Below, in pieces: positions 26,631-40,076 of a stretch of 64,000 nt of DNA; the stretch's first letter is position 1, and each line of letters starts with the position of its first letter. The translations under genes and the position numbers were made by a program. The notes under the pieces were generated by a model. That model did no database searches. It saw only the letters and a program-made list of their open reading frames with translations, and was not told the origin of the DNA. The DNA is from Patellaria atrata CBS 101060 (Eukaryota). The stretch is from the NCBI GenBank assembly GCA_010093705.1, contig MU006094.1, positions 234,020 to 298,019 on the forward strand. Direction: 5' to 3'.

Positions 26631-27445
26631 TGAAAACAAAAGGCTAGGAGAAAGAGACGGATGAACCATAGTGCGATCAGTGAGACGAGCGGTAGTGGGA
26701 TTGCGCGAAGAAGAGGAGATCCGCGCAAGGTCAAAAGCGGAAGTTGACTATGTTGAGCGCAGTGCAGCAGAAGACAATATGGACGACAGGACTGAAGCAA
26801 CCAATCTAACACTTACAATACTCATGTAAACATACTGTGAAGATTGAGACATCCTTCACTATCCTATCGAAAATCCCGAGTGAATGCCGTATTGGGGAAG
26901 AGGGAAATATCGCGGATATGTGACTTCCACTATGATATCCGTAGACACGGCTCGGAAGCCTGCACGATGGTAGATGCGTTGGGTACTGTAGGTAATGCTT
27001 CGCACTAAAGCTTCGACCGTGATATTATATTCTGGATCAGCGGTGCTGTGACGCTGCAGAGATACACAACAAATGGGTTTAATGTCCGTTCTTTTTGGTG
27101 GGAGGTGGCAAGATCTAAATTATCAATGGTCATAAGCTCTCCGCCCACCTGATCGAGCGATGTCGCTGTCTTATCTTACGAGTAGAAAAAGCATTGCTGA
27201 CTTGAATATGTTCCTATTATATATTCTCTATTACCTGTATCTCACCCTGCTCATTGGACTGATTTTCTAAGCGCGCGCATCATAAATTTCATCATCGCTA
27301 CTCTAAAATGATGGGTATATAGCTATACTGTGCCATTTGTAAGATACCCGCCCGAAAAAGAAATCCAAATATATTGTACAATGTATGCCCGAGTCTCCAG
27401 TATTGCAAAAAGAAAGTTTTATATTTCGTAGTATTTAGTTGAGAT

Positions 27446-30400
27446 TCAAGCTGTCACTCCCGCAAGTCTTGCAGAATTTCCAGGTGTATTTCCGCTACTG
27501 CTAGTACGGCTTTTGTTGTCACCTGTAAGGAGACTAACAAGGCTCATAGCAGCGTGAAGTCTCTTGCGACGAGCTTCTGCTCCTCTTTCCTCTCCTCGGC
27601 TGTTGCCTTCATCAACCCACTGTAGCTGATGAATCTTGAAGCTCATTCCGTCGTGGTTTGAAGGCCAAGATCGACTCTTAATGCCATGCTGCACCGTAGA
27701 CCCATACTGCTCTAGAGCTGGTAAGATCAAGATTGTAATGTGGAGATCCATCTCGAGTGGAGGTACAACAGGGCCAGAAGTAGGCCGTGAACCCAATATC
27801 TCAGGCATTTCTGGCTCCTGCGAACCTTGTAACTCGACATCAACGAGCACCTTCTCATCCTCTTCATCCCATTCCCCACGGATCCACCCGTCATGGATAG
27901 CTGCAGCAAGCGGATCCGAATCATCTGTGTACACTTCTGTACCCCATACGTTCCTTGCTGTACAAATCTGTTCCCTTTGCTCTCTGGTCAAGAAATAGCG
28001 CGGTACACGTATTGTGAATGTGCAATTTGATTTGTCATCAAATTTAGGGATGGGTGTTGCGTACGACATATATCCGAATTTGGCATGTAACATTTGGGAT
28101 TGGGAAGAAGGAATATCCAGCTGAGGACTGTACAGCTTTGAGCCGAGATGGTTACGAGGTAAATGTTCGACACTTTTGATTAATGGCTCCGAAATTACTG
28201 TCGTGAGAGGCTTTTTGGGCAGTGGGAATAGGGCAGGGTTCGCCTTTGGTACAGCATGATGGTGGTGATGCGTTGCATGGTGATGATGGTGATGGTGTGT
28301 TGAAGGTGTGACGCCAGGATTTGAGGTTATAGTGGAATTAAACTTTTGAGCATTGAAAGGCGTACCACTAGCACTAGCGGGATGCGATGAGGCCGGCATA
28401 GGAGAGTCTTCTTCAGCTTTATGATGGTGGTGGTGATGACTGCAAATTTGATTAGTAAAGGGTGAAATAAAGGGGAGCGGAGTTTAACTTACTGATGACC
28501 GTGTGGGTGATGGTGGTGATGCGGCACAGGATGACTGTACTTGGACCTCTTGGAGCCGCGGCCATTGAGTGTCGGTGTACCTCGACCATCACCCTCGCTA
28601 TCATTGCGACCTTCCTCATCCTTCACCCTTCTCCCCTTTCTACCACTTCGGGAAGAGTCCGTGCGCACTAACTTTGTGCGCTCAAGATCGTCCGAAACAT
28701 GTGCAGGCAAGGACTCGGCCCCATTTTGAGGTACAGGGCTCCCACGCAAGGGAGTTGAGGTACCATTACCGGGAAGCGGAGTGATGAACCCGCCTCCAAG
28801 CCCTGAGAACGGGCGTCCGAACTCACTTTTGATGCTCGGATCACCGCTCGGTCCGACAAGCTGAGCTTGGGCACCTTGGACGGCTTGTGGAAGCGGCGAA
28901 GCTCTTCCAGCTTTCCGTGCAGTTTCTGGGCTGACATTTAAGAAAGACCGCTGACGCTGCATCTCTTCACCATGTTTGCGTGTCATCTGGTCAAATGAAG
29001 ATGACCTTTGTAGATATCCAATGACCCGTCGTTCACTGTGCGGGTCAGAGGTAGGCGGAGCACTATATTGCTCCAATGCGCGACCGTTATTACGCTCCAA
29101 AAGAGAGATAGGCCTCATGATATCGTCAGTCCGAGGAGGATTAGCGAATGGTGATTGGGATGCCGAAGGGTTTCGATATCCATTGCGCGACAAGAACTCT
29201 TGCTCCTCTCGAAGTGAGTTTGAAGAGGCTCTGCTTGGTTCCTCCCTAGATGGACCCCTCCAGTGATGACTGGCTTGAGGCGGCTCACCAGATTCATTTA
29301 TCGCGCGATGGTCCTGAGGAGATGAATACGCTGCGTGGGAAGTGGGTTGTATAGACACTGGCCTGTCCCTACCGCCCACGTTGAAGAGTCCTCGCTCACG
29401 GTGTTCAACTTCTGCATATCTCCTCGAGAGTGCATCTTCGGCTGCTTTACGTTCTTCCAACTGCGGATTTGTGTGCCTCTGAATATGGGGGCCGAGACCA
29501 TCTCTAAATTCGGGCTCTCGCTGAGGGGGAAGGCGGCTCGTCGGTTGACTATTCGGTCGAGGAGGAATGTTTGAGGGGGGTGCCCTCGTATTTTCGCGGC
29601 CATGCGCCTCGTGGATTGAGGTATGTCGACTATGAGGCGAATAATTACTCGGTTGTCTATATTGATATGGTTGAGCCAAAGATGGCCGCGCCTCAGGAGA
29701 TCCCTGATTGCTACCGTATAGTCGCGTAGGCGATCCAGCATTAACCGAAGGAGGATCTGATGGTCTCGTTGTGGGATTCGGCGCGTACTTATCCGGTGTC
29801 TTAGGACGACTATACTGACTGTAGTCTCGTCGAGGACCTGTTGAGTATGCTCGTCGGGGTGAAGGTGGTTGCATCGACTTCATACTAGGTGAAGGAGCAG
29901 CTACCGTGGATGCAGGTGGTGAGTGATGAGGTTGCTGTGAGCCAGAAGTAGGATCAGAGCCAATGAGCGAGGATATGGACATGCTACTACCAGGTCGATG
30001 ACCAGAGGTTAAGCTTGGCAAATCGCGCCCTGCTGGAAAATGCGGCGGTTGCGGCGCGCGACTACTATGGTAAGGTTGCGCAGAATTTTGCAGCTGTTGC
30101 TGGGGAGGAGATGGAGGGGGCATATTTCTACCACCATACACGGTTGGCGGCGGGGGAGGGTCATGTGAGGCTAGAAGTTGGCGTTCGGGCATTAGCAAAG
30201 CTCTAATAAGCAATATACGATGCTTTCTAGGTAAGGTACAAATGTATAAGCTTACCTCCATAATAGGCGCGTGGGCTCCCACTCCCTCCTGATGTAGCTG
30301 CACCTCCATTTGCTGGTCCACTTGTACCAAGAGATCGCCTCCTCGCTGAGTCTAGTATATAAGAACTACTCTGATTTGCAGAGGAAACAGATGGAGGGGG

Positions 30401-31400
30401 TGGAGGTGGGGGTACATTTCGATTTTGCTGCAACTGCTGTTCTTGTTGCTGAGGTTGAGGGGGGTGCTGGGGGTGGTGAGCGTGAGAAGCAGGGTGGTGT
30501 TGCAGCGCAGGAGGATTAACATTCGGGGTCCCTGGATCATCGTCATTGGCGTTAGCGAAAGTTAGCCCTCTTAGCGTGTTGGGCAGGGAGTAGCAAGGAA
30601 TGCCAGGGAGTTTATTTTAGCGCTTGCATTAGCGCATATGTTAGCGCCTTGGGGTACCGCAGGGGCGGGCTCGGGAAGCTGACGAGCCAGAGATTGTATG
30701 ATGCGGGAAAAACGGCGCCTTGACAGATGGGAAAATCAAAGGGGCGGGGTAGACAAATGAAAAAAAAAATAGGATAGAAGTCCCCATCTTGAGCTAGAGC
30801 GTCCGTACAAGAGTAAGTGTGACGTGGAAGATATACACCGTCGTCCTCCGTCACCATTACTCGCTGCACTAACTTCCTTGGAACATCGATGCATCGCCGA
30901 AAGATGTGCTATCTGCTGGAGGGAGCTCAAGACCAGCTCGAACCATCGTTCCCTCGCGACAGCAGATCCAACACCTTCGTAGCATGTGTTCCATTTGTTC
31001 TTCTTGAGATAGGAAATTTTTCCCGGGTGTAAACTCTCTCCATGTTTCATCTGTGTGACCCGACGTTTTGACTCTCTAAAACAGTAAGAAGAAAATGTCG
31101 CATACCGTTTGTGCCTCCCCAACTACCCCCTAAGGACGGCCTATCCGTGTGTAATCCAGATGACCCATCTCTTCTATGCGGATTGTAGCTATCTTGTCTC
31201 TGGGATTGCGACGTCGGTAGGAAAGGGTCGCGGCGCGGGAAGAGATCGTTATATGGGACGTGGACTGTCGGTTGTGAAGACGGAGTGTACGAAGGAAATG
31301 CTGGATGCTGTGATTGCGGACCAGCTTGATGATTTGGATTTTGTATAAGTGGCCGATCTTGCGGTCGATTAAAAGAGTGCTGTGACTGTCGCGAGTCCAT
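27446..31400 (-). CDS. rxt3: Rxt3-domain subunit of the Rpd3L histone deacetylase complex; at least 4 exons
   Basis: C-terminal RNVWGTEVYTDDSDPLAAAIHDGW...DLHITILILPALEQY...SRSW..HDGMSF, with His-rich tracts. Exons 31400-31106, 30531-~30256, ~30171-28493 and ~28440-27446 join in frame. Confidence 0.88.
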
Positions 31401-32182
31401 AGTTGTGGGATGCAGTTGGAAGGCACACCGTGGTTTTGGAACGTCGAGGATAGGATGAGAATTTCGAAAAGAAGGTTGGTTAATTTCCGACGCGACCAAG
31501 GGGATAACTTGAGGTTATCATTATAATGTATTATGTAGCCGCATGGTGATGGTAGAGAAAGAGGTTTTGTCAGTAGGTAAGAGTCAGAAAGGGTGAGAGA
31601 TGGAGCTTTTGGTTGGAAAAGATGAAGACGGGAAGCAACGAAGGAAAGTGGAAAGGTGCGGTGGTGCTGAGGTGCTGCCAGCTCTCTTCGGGTGCCCTTG
31701 GTGCTTAACCTTGGCTCGACGGCTCTAATTCCAGTCGATCATTATGTGGTGACTGGTCTAGCAAAAGAATCGCTAGGAAAATCAAAGGATCCATGCAAAT
31801 GCATCCACTTTGGAACTTTTACACAAGACGCGCTTTCCCTGTCAAGAACAGAAGGAACCCCTTGGCCCCACCCCACGAGACCGAACCGGCCGATGACTTT
31901 ATGAACTCCAAAAGATACTCCGTGCAAAGTCAACATATCTATGACCAACTTCCCGTGCAAGTACTGATCAAAGTTAGACGCTTAACTTACTCTTCAGGCT
32001 ACGGCATATTGTATGCTTCTCTTATCTTCTTCCAAGGGTCCTTAATCTTTAAGTCATAACTGAGAGTCTAGTTCTCAGGGTCTGAATAATGACCTGCACA
32101 TCTCTGCCGTAAAGTTTGTTGGCATTTCGGACTTTTGACCGTTGGCTTCCCCTCATACCTTCAATACTATTCGCCCTGCGGC

Positions 32183-33771
32183 ATGCTCCCTATGCCGGGC
32201 ACACCAGCTTCGTCATGGGCAATGTACAAAGCCCGACTGAAAGCAGTCTTCGATGGAGCTGATCCACGAGTGTGCGCCGCCTTTTGGCTCTTCGGTATGT
32301 GGAAAGGCTGACCACCATGTCGAAGAAGACTGTGTGATCGCGCAAATGGGTTATCTACATTTGCTGACTTGCATGAACTGTCAGGTCTGATCAATAATGT
32401 TCTGTATGTCATCATCCTCTCCGCCGCTTTGGATCTAGTTGGCCCTACGATACCGAAAGGAGTTGTTCTTCTCGCGGATGTCCTGCCATCCTTTTTCACC
32501 AAGCTCACCGCACCTTATTATATCCATAACGTACCGTATTACCTACGGATATGGATCTTCGTCGCACTCTCAACATGTGGCATGCTTCTCATAGCGCTCA
32601 CGCCAGAATCCACTGATGGAGGTATAATCGTGATTAAAATGGTAGGCGTCATGTTAGCAAGCTTGAGTAGCGGTGGAGGCGAATTGAGCTTCCTGGGATT
32701 AACACACTACTATGGACACTTCAGTTTGGCTTTCTGGGGGAGCGGTACTGGAGGAGCCGGTTTGATAGGTTCTGGCGCATACGTATTGTTTACCACTACT
32801 ATAGGTTTGAGTCCGAGAACCAGTTTATTCGCGTTTTCCTTCCTTCCAATCATAATGCTGGTTTCGTTCTTCGTTGTTCTTCCACATGGCCCTTTGAATG
32901 CTTCTGGTGGGAAACGAGGTGAATATGAAAGGCTAGGTGAAGAGGAGTTCCGAGATACGGCAGGGGAAGAGGAGGATGAAGGTACAGCGCAAGCTGGACT
33001 TCTTGGTGATTCAAGGATTTCAAACTCTGTACACAGCTTAACATCTTCGGGGACGTCAAACTCGAAAGTACTGAGAGCACTCCAAAGCTTCAAAGCAAAT
33101 CTCCGCCGAGCGCGCGGGCTGTTCTTTCCTTAGTAAGTGAATGCGACCCAGAAATGAAAGTCACGTCCTTCCAAATAACACTCCATGGAATGAATGAAGG
33201 AGGAATAATACCTTAGGGACTACAGACTGGGACTAATGTTATAGCCCGCTAACAAATATGCAGCATGCTTCCTCTCCTCCTCGTCTATATCGCCGAATAC
33301 ACCATCAACCAAGGCGTAGCCCCAACCCTCCTCTTTCCCCTCTTCTCTAGTCCCTTCAGCGAATACCGCGCGTTCTACCCCACCTACAACGCCATATACC
33401 AAGTGGGCGTCTTTATCTCGCGCTCCTCGACGCCCTTCATTCGAATTCACCACCTCTATCTCCCTTCCTTCCTCCAAGTACTCAACTTAGTCGTCCTCAC
33501 CCTACATGCCCTCTTCGACTTCATCCCTAACGTATACATCATCTTTGCTATCGTGTTCTGGGAAGGCTTGTTGGGCGGGGTGGTTTATGTGAGCACGTTC
33601 GCTGAAATCACGGATAATGTACCCAAGCAAGATCGGGAGTTCAGTCTTGGCGCGACGAGCGTGAGCGATTCTGGAGGCATCTGTATTGCGGGGTTTATTG
33701 CAATTTCGTTGGAGGTTTCATTATGTCATTGGCAGGTTGCGCATGGAAGGGACTATTGTACCAGAACATAA
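32183..33771 (+). CDS. btn1: Battenin/CLN3-family vacuolar membrane protein; 3 exons
   Basis: [41 protein letters not shown]-like [29 protein letters not shown] and EGLLGG. Confidence 0.93.
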
Positions 33772-34045
33772 GTATCCTCGATAGGGTTCCGAATCGGGGT
33801 TGCTTGTACATATTCATGATTCCGATTTGTACAGGTTTAACCAAGAGCAACTGTACTATGTCGTTCTCCTTTATGAGGATGCTTTTGTCTTACTGTATGC
33901 GCTGTACAGAGGAAGGCTCCGGCTTAGCTGTAGAGACGTACGAAACATCGGCGAAGAACGATATTTGACCATGCACCATGACGGGTGCAGCAACCGTACA
34001 GCTACCAAGGAATTTAAAGGCCAAAATATTGTTGATTTGTGCCCA

Positions 34046-34764
34046 TTATCGGGAATCTAAAGAAGTCCGAACTATATCAGTAACGGATTCACCCATAACA
34101 GAGCGCGTGTACAATTTCAGGGGTCGTGCTGGTGGAGCTGGATCATCTCGGTCATCTGGAGCTCTTGCTGGTGGTAAATTAATTGGGCCAGCAGGAATGC
34201 GACTTTCTATGTTATCCAAAGATTCCTTTATAGCGGCCATGTCTCTGTGGTTGATTAGGTCGATTGGACAGAAAGTAGAGGATGAAAGACCAACGTCATC
34301 AGTGCATTCAATGCCACCGCCATCTTCCTCAAACGTAATGTTTCTATCCTTCTTACGGTCTCGTCTAAATTTTTTCGCGTAAAGAGCCAAAAGATACGCG
34401 TAGGGCTGAAAGGAGAGTTGATCCTCTTGTCCGTTTGCTTGATACTGTCCAGTTCATCCGCAAGCTCGAGATGGGCGTCGAAATATTCTTGTAACATTTC
34501 GCTCCAGCTACCTTTATTGCGCTCGCCATTACCGAGGTCTAGTCTGACTTGACCTGGAATATGACCACCTCTGAGCCGGAATGACTTCTCATCAATGGTA
34601 TTGGAGATGGATGATGTATATCTTCTGAGCTCTAAGGGGGCGTTTCGATATGCGGAGAAATAGGCGATAGCTCCCTGGACAATAGTTGAGACCGATAAGA
34701 TGAGAGCAACGATGCCAACTATACTCCCTGTGATCGAGAGACTGCTGTCTTGCCCATCTGCCAT
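34046..34764 (-). CDS. Small hypothetical protein resembling fungal N-terminal helical (HeLo-like/SesA-type) domains; 2 exons
   Basis: SSLSITGSIVGIVAL hydrophobic N-helix, APLEL and RIFWLFTRKNL..V.RIE. A probable intron GTTGGT..CTAAT..CAG at ~34295-34246 joins to RDMAAIKESLDNIE. Confidence 0.55.
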
Positions 34765-35426
34765 TGTGACTAGGACCCGTAATGAAACGTAGTTAGAGGA
34801 CTTAAAGAGAGCGCATGTTAAGAGCTAGGAATGAATAGAGGAAATGGAATATTGAAATTGCTGCCTACGTTTATAAAACTTTGAGGATATCTAGAGTTAC
34901 CAAGCAGGTCTATAGAAAATGTAGTATTATTTATATATTGGTATTTAACCCAGGCAGTACAACAAGGCAGTGCTATGATGCATCAACAGGAGGCGAAATG
35001 TTTCCTGCATGGTAAACGGAGCTGAGAGAGTTAGGGGTTCAGGTACCAGGGGATCCCTGACTGGTTGCCCTGACCACTTGCTGCTTGGCACTGGATTGCT
35101 TTGACGGTTTGACCTGACGCGAATCATTCAAAACACGCATGAACGAGATGGACATTCACCTTCTCCTTGACCTAACCATTCAATCCACCTCACCATGAGG
35201 AGTTCTCAAGAATTCTGGGCGGAACCTTCCTTATCATAGCATCTAGCGCTTTATCTTTTCAATTTATGTTGTGGGAACATCACCATTAGGAAGGCACATG
35301 AAATATCACTTTTTAGCAGCTTCAGATCGATTACGGCGCCATTGAGTATCACCTCGGTATATTTTGCAGGATTGAGATGTTCCTCACTCCTAGTTCTTAT
35401 ACCCTCCGTCTTTCCTGGAAGAAAAG

Positions 35427-38400
35427 ATGTCGCTCGTTACTCCCAATAATCCCCGGATGATCAATTCTCCCTGGGCTCTTAGGCTTACTCCTTCAAATTC
35501 ACCTTATACTAGAAATTCTGTCGTCAGGTCTCCAATCAAATCTGGACGACAAGATCTCGGACTTTCCTTAAAACAAGTAATTGGCACTACCACTGTGTCA
35601 TCCAATGGCTTTGATAGCCTTCCTATAGCAAGGTCTTTCGCATTTACAGCAGGCGCAGCAGCAGTCATCACTACAGTGGATGATGATAATCAAATAACAC
35701 AACGCTTCTTTCGTGCTCGACCTACCGCTGCTCCTTTGAATCCTTCTACTTCTATCTATGGTCCCTCTACACCAACAAACTCATCCATCGATGTGCGGAC
35801 TCGGACAGTCGCTTCGTTACGAGAGAGTAGTTTAGGGACCTCCCCGTTTGGCTCACCGATAGGTGAATGGGGCGACTCTCCAGGAAACAAAACGTGGACT
35901 GCGCGTGAAAGGGTAAAGGCTGCGACATGTGTCGCTTTCAGCCGGGATGGAAAATATCTAGCAGTAGGAGAGGTGAGTCTAAAACGCTGCTGACACATGG
36001 TCGTAATTAACTGGTCAAGACTGGATATAAACCCCGCGTATTGGTCTTTGCTACCTCTCAAGATGCTCCATCGGACATTCCTCTCTCTTCGATCTCTGAC
36101 CATACATTTGGTGTCAAGTGTATCGCATTCAGCCCCGACTCACAATATCTGGCAAGCCTTGGTAACACAAATGACGGATTTCTCTACATCTGGTCAATCA
36201 ATAGTCGAAATGGTTCAACCTCATTACATGCAAGTAACAAATGCACCAGTAATGTTCTTCACATGGCGTGGCTAGGGAATAACCTTATTACGTACGTCAT
36301 TTATCCTCCTTATAGTGACATTTACACTAACGCTCCAAAGTGTAGGGACTCGACATGTCAAGATTTGGCGAGTTGAGGACATGAATCGTCCTTCGCCTTC
36401 CAAAGGACGCCAAAGCGACGTTAATGGCATTCTTGCTAGCCCTACAAATAGAACTTTACCTGGTCGCAATTGCCTCTTGGGAGCCCTGTTAGAAGCTTCG
36501 TTCACATCTATAGTGGCGGTTACCTCGTCTAAAGCAATAGTCTCTACAGAGAGCGGAGAAATATGCATTCTAGACGACAGTGAGGGCACACAGCGTCTCA
36601 CGAAAATTAGGGATGTTGGCTTCGGTGTTGTGTCAATGACCTTGGACCTCCAGAATCGACTCCATATTGCGGGAGCGGATAAAAACTTCGTCTCTATTGC
36701 AGTAGCTGATCTCATTACAACGCAAGCTCCCCCACATTCCCCTGCACTATCTTCTTTGACGGCCGTTGTCAAAGTAGCAAACATTGAGAACAGTGTCGTT
36801 GCCATGGGTCCATTGAACGACTCTTTAGCAGTGCTTGATGGACGACACGGCATTCATCTGTTACAACTAACTGAAGTTAGCGAAGAGTCGTCCAATGAGG
36901 TTGCCGGGTTGAAGCTTTGCGCCCATGGTGATGCGGTATCTGGCGTCCAGCCTTTGTCTTCTTCTAATATTTTCAATGCCTCCTTCTTTACCTGGTCAGT
37001 AGATGGAGTAGTGCTTTTTTGGAATCACGAGGGTTTTTGTAAAGGGAACATAACTGTCCCTCTTGAACAGATTGAGGGCAGTGCCGACGAAGTTAACGAA
37101 CTAAAGGTTGTACGGGCTTCCATCGGAGTTAAATTTTTGGTTTCTGGAGATAAATACGGCGTTTTACGGTAAAACCCCTTTCATAAAAAAAAAAACTACA
37201 AACGAGAGGCTAACGGCTTTAGAATCATTAATGGGGAGTCTAAAGAAACTATATTCGAAGCAAAGGCGCACGTTGGCGAAATTACGGACGTTGCGATCTA
37301 CGAAGGTGCCCGCACCTTTGTTGCGTGTGCAGGAAGGGATCGGATGGTCCAAGTTTTCGAGAGAAAAGCAGAAAACTGGAATCTCCTTCAGACTCTCGAT
37401 GAGCATGTCGGATCCGTCACTGGGCTGCTATTTTCTCCAAATGGGGACAGACTATTGTCAAGCTCCTCGGATCGAACTGTCGTCATGCGAGAGTTTGTAT
37501 CGAGAGAGGAAGATGGGATGTCCTTTCAAGCTTTCTTGATTCTGCGAACAATAACGTTGAAGTCGTCTCCGATATCAATGGTACTGGATACGGATCGGGA
37601 CGAGGCCTTGATAGTCTCGACAGTTGATCGAAATGTGCATCTTTACGATCTACGCAACGGTCGTATAATTAATAGTTTCAAGGTCTCTGATACCGAAGGG
37701 GGGGATCCTGTCGTTCTTTCCGGACTAGCAACAATACCATTACCGGCACGAGCTTCAATTCTAGCAGGCATATCAAGTACGGACAAATCAGTTCGACTTT
37801 ATGATGATAACGGGAACCTAGTTTGCCGTGATTGGGGTCACACAGAAGGTATCTCTGGCATTGCCTTGCTCACTGCAACCGAGGGACCAGATGAATCATA
37901 CAGTAAGCGAATATTGGTCACAGTAGCTGTTGATGGGACCATCTTTGTTTGGAACGTGGACTCACGGTTGCCGGTTCAGGGTGATCTATCTAAATCCATG
38001 GATCTTTTGAACCTCACTCCTACCAACAAGGATACTATTGTGAACAAGCCTCCATTGCGTAGGGTGTTATCTCATTCCGAGATGGCGAGATTCCAGCGAT
38101 CTTCCACAGAGGATGAAATGTCCACTCCAACCGGCAGTCGTTCACCTAGGATTCGAAAGAGGGCATCAAAATTTTCACTAGCTCAAGCTCCAAAGTTAGA
38201 ACCGTCTCCAATGCCTACCTTCAGGGGTAACTTTACGGCAGAGCCCTCAAATCGGAAGCCGCGCAATCGATCTCCTTCACCACCCAGTCCTAGGAACATG
38301 CAAATGTCAAAATCGAGACGACCTTCAATAGACGTGCGTTCGAGGACAAAAAGTTCTGGTGACATTTCCTCAACCGGGTTTGGAAGTCTTTACAGTTCTA

Positions 38401-38765
38401 CGGAGCAGGTGTGCCGAACTCTCAAAGCATATCGAAAGAAATTAGCAAACAGCTCTGATCTTCTCAGCATAGACATGCTTCGCGAGCTGGAACGCGAGCT
38501 GGGATTGACTGCCAGGGCAGTGGGAGAGAGAGCAGCCAAGTCTAAAGGGGTTGATGAAAAGATGATAAGTAACATCCTGGAGCAATATTCCGAAAGACTT
38601 GTTGAAATGCTGGATGAAAAGATAAGTGCGAGCGTGGCCAGACAGGTAAGACAGAACAGTGAGAGTGGCACTGGGACTCCCGGAGAGGAAAGGAGTAGCG
38701 AAAGTAATTCCGTTGCCGAAGCAACTGCAGGCACCGAAAGCATAGTTACCCCTAAGGGAACATGA
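35427..38765 (+). CDS. WD40-repeat protein, WDR62/MAPKBP1-like; 4 exons
   Basis: LSLKQVIGTT, CVAFSRDGKYLAVGE|TGYKPRV, HTFGVKCIAFSPDSQYLASLG, GRDRMVQVF, LLSSSSDRTV, WGHTE and DGTIFVW, followed by a Ser/Arg-rich tail. Confidence 0.85.
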
Positions 38766-40064
38766 TGAGGTGGAGCATGGAATCGGCGTTCAGCGAAGGC
38801 CTCTTTATCAAGGACTCAAGATTTCTTTTTGTTACAGGGAGGGGGAGTTCAATGGATATGGTTTGATGGACTATCTGCATCTTTCTACTTATATACCCAG
38901 ATGTTGTTTTCTTTCTAATAGCTGACTTTGAAAAGTTGAATTGAAATCATATAGTATACTCATACTAAATACCTGAGACTTACCTTAATAAGGTAACTTT
39001 GAAACACATACCCAACTACGATAATATGGATGTCTCGACTCTAGAGCGGACGACCATACCCCTGGGATTCACTGTACAGTACCGGAGCTTGGGCCACCTG
39101 GATGGCAACCCCGAAGTCTTTTCTCGACTTCAACCTCGCAACACGACTGATTTACCTTATTTATGTTGCAGACAGCAAAAACTCTCGCTAGGGCTGGTCG
39201 AAGCCGCTAACTGCTTTTACCAGAGGAACAGTTCGGTTATGAAGATAAACTACTCCTCGGTCCCAGCTGTCTTTGGTTCTTTTGTCCATTTACAACTTCC
39301 CCTTCGCCGAAGGCTCCCCCTGCTTACTTGTCGCGTGTACATGGCTACATGGCTACACGGCTACATGATGCCAAACTAGCGGGACCAAAAAGGAATATGC
39401 GTAAGGATCTCGATGATGATGATGGAGCGTGAATGGCCGTTGGTAAGTGCAAGACGTGCGATTCTGGGCTGACATTTTCTCTCGCCGAACGAATTAGGAC
39501 CGGCAGAATGTTCGATGATGCGGGCCACAGACGTATGCCGCTGGACTTGGGAAAGGGGAATCTTCTCTTGTCTAGACCGTGATGCCCACTGACGCGAAGG
39601 GTACGTAGCTGTATGGGGATATCGGCCTATGGGTTGTAGGTTTTTACCATCTATGAACGGCCTTACTATCCCGTTATTGGTCACAGCTCGGGTCAAAGGA
39701 GGGAGCAGTTTTGGCCAAGTGCTTGAGCTTCTACGCTTTCTTCCCCCTCCCCCGCAAACATGACGAAGATCATGAGAAAATCGAGAAAATCGGAGGAGCG
39801 CATGACAACAGCTAACAATAAGGTCATCAGGGACGATAATGGGCTTCACGAAGCTTCAAAAAAGCCCCAGATCATCGGCATAGCTGTAGACACAAATACT
39901 AACATTCCCCCCTCCGTGTCGCCAGTTCAATCCCCAAATCTGAAATCTTCCACCTAAAGCTATTCTGTGCTACTTCGGCGTCAGGATAGTACAGCACCTT
40001 ACCAACCGAAAAATCTTTCTAAGTGTCTTACATTGATCTCATAAGGTAGACCTGCAGCTGTCCG

Positions 40065-40076
40065 GCCCTTTATCCG
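40065..40076 (+). promoter_or_regulatory. CSRE-like (Cat8/FacB-type) site upstream of acetyl-CoA synthetase
   Basis: GCCCTTTATCCG matches 11/12 positions of YCCNYTNRKCCG and lies ~130 bp before the ATG. Confidence 0.4.
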
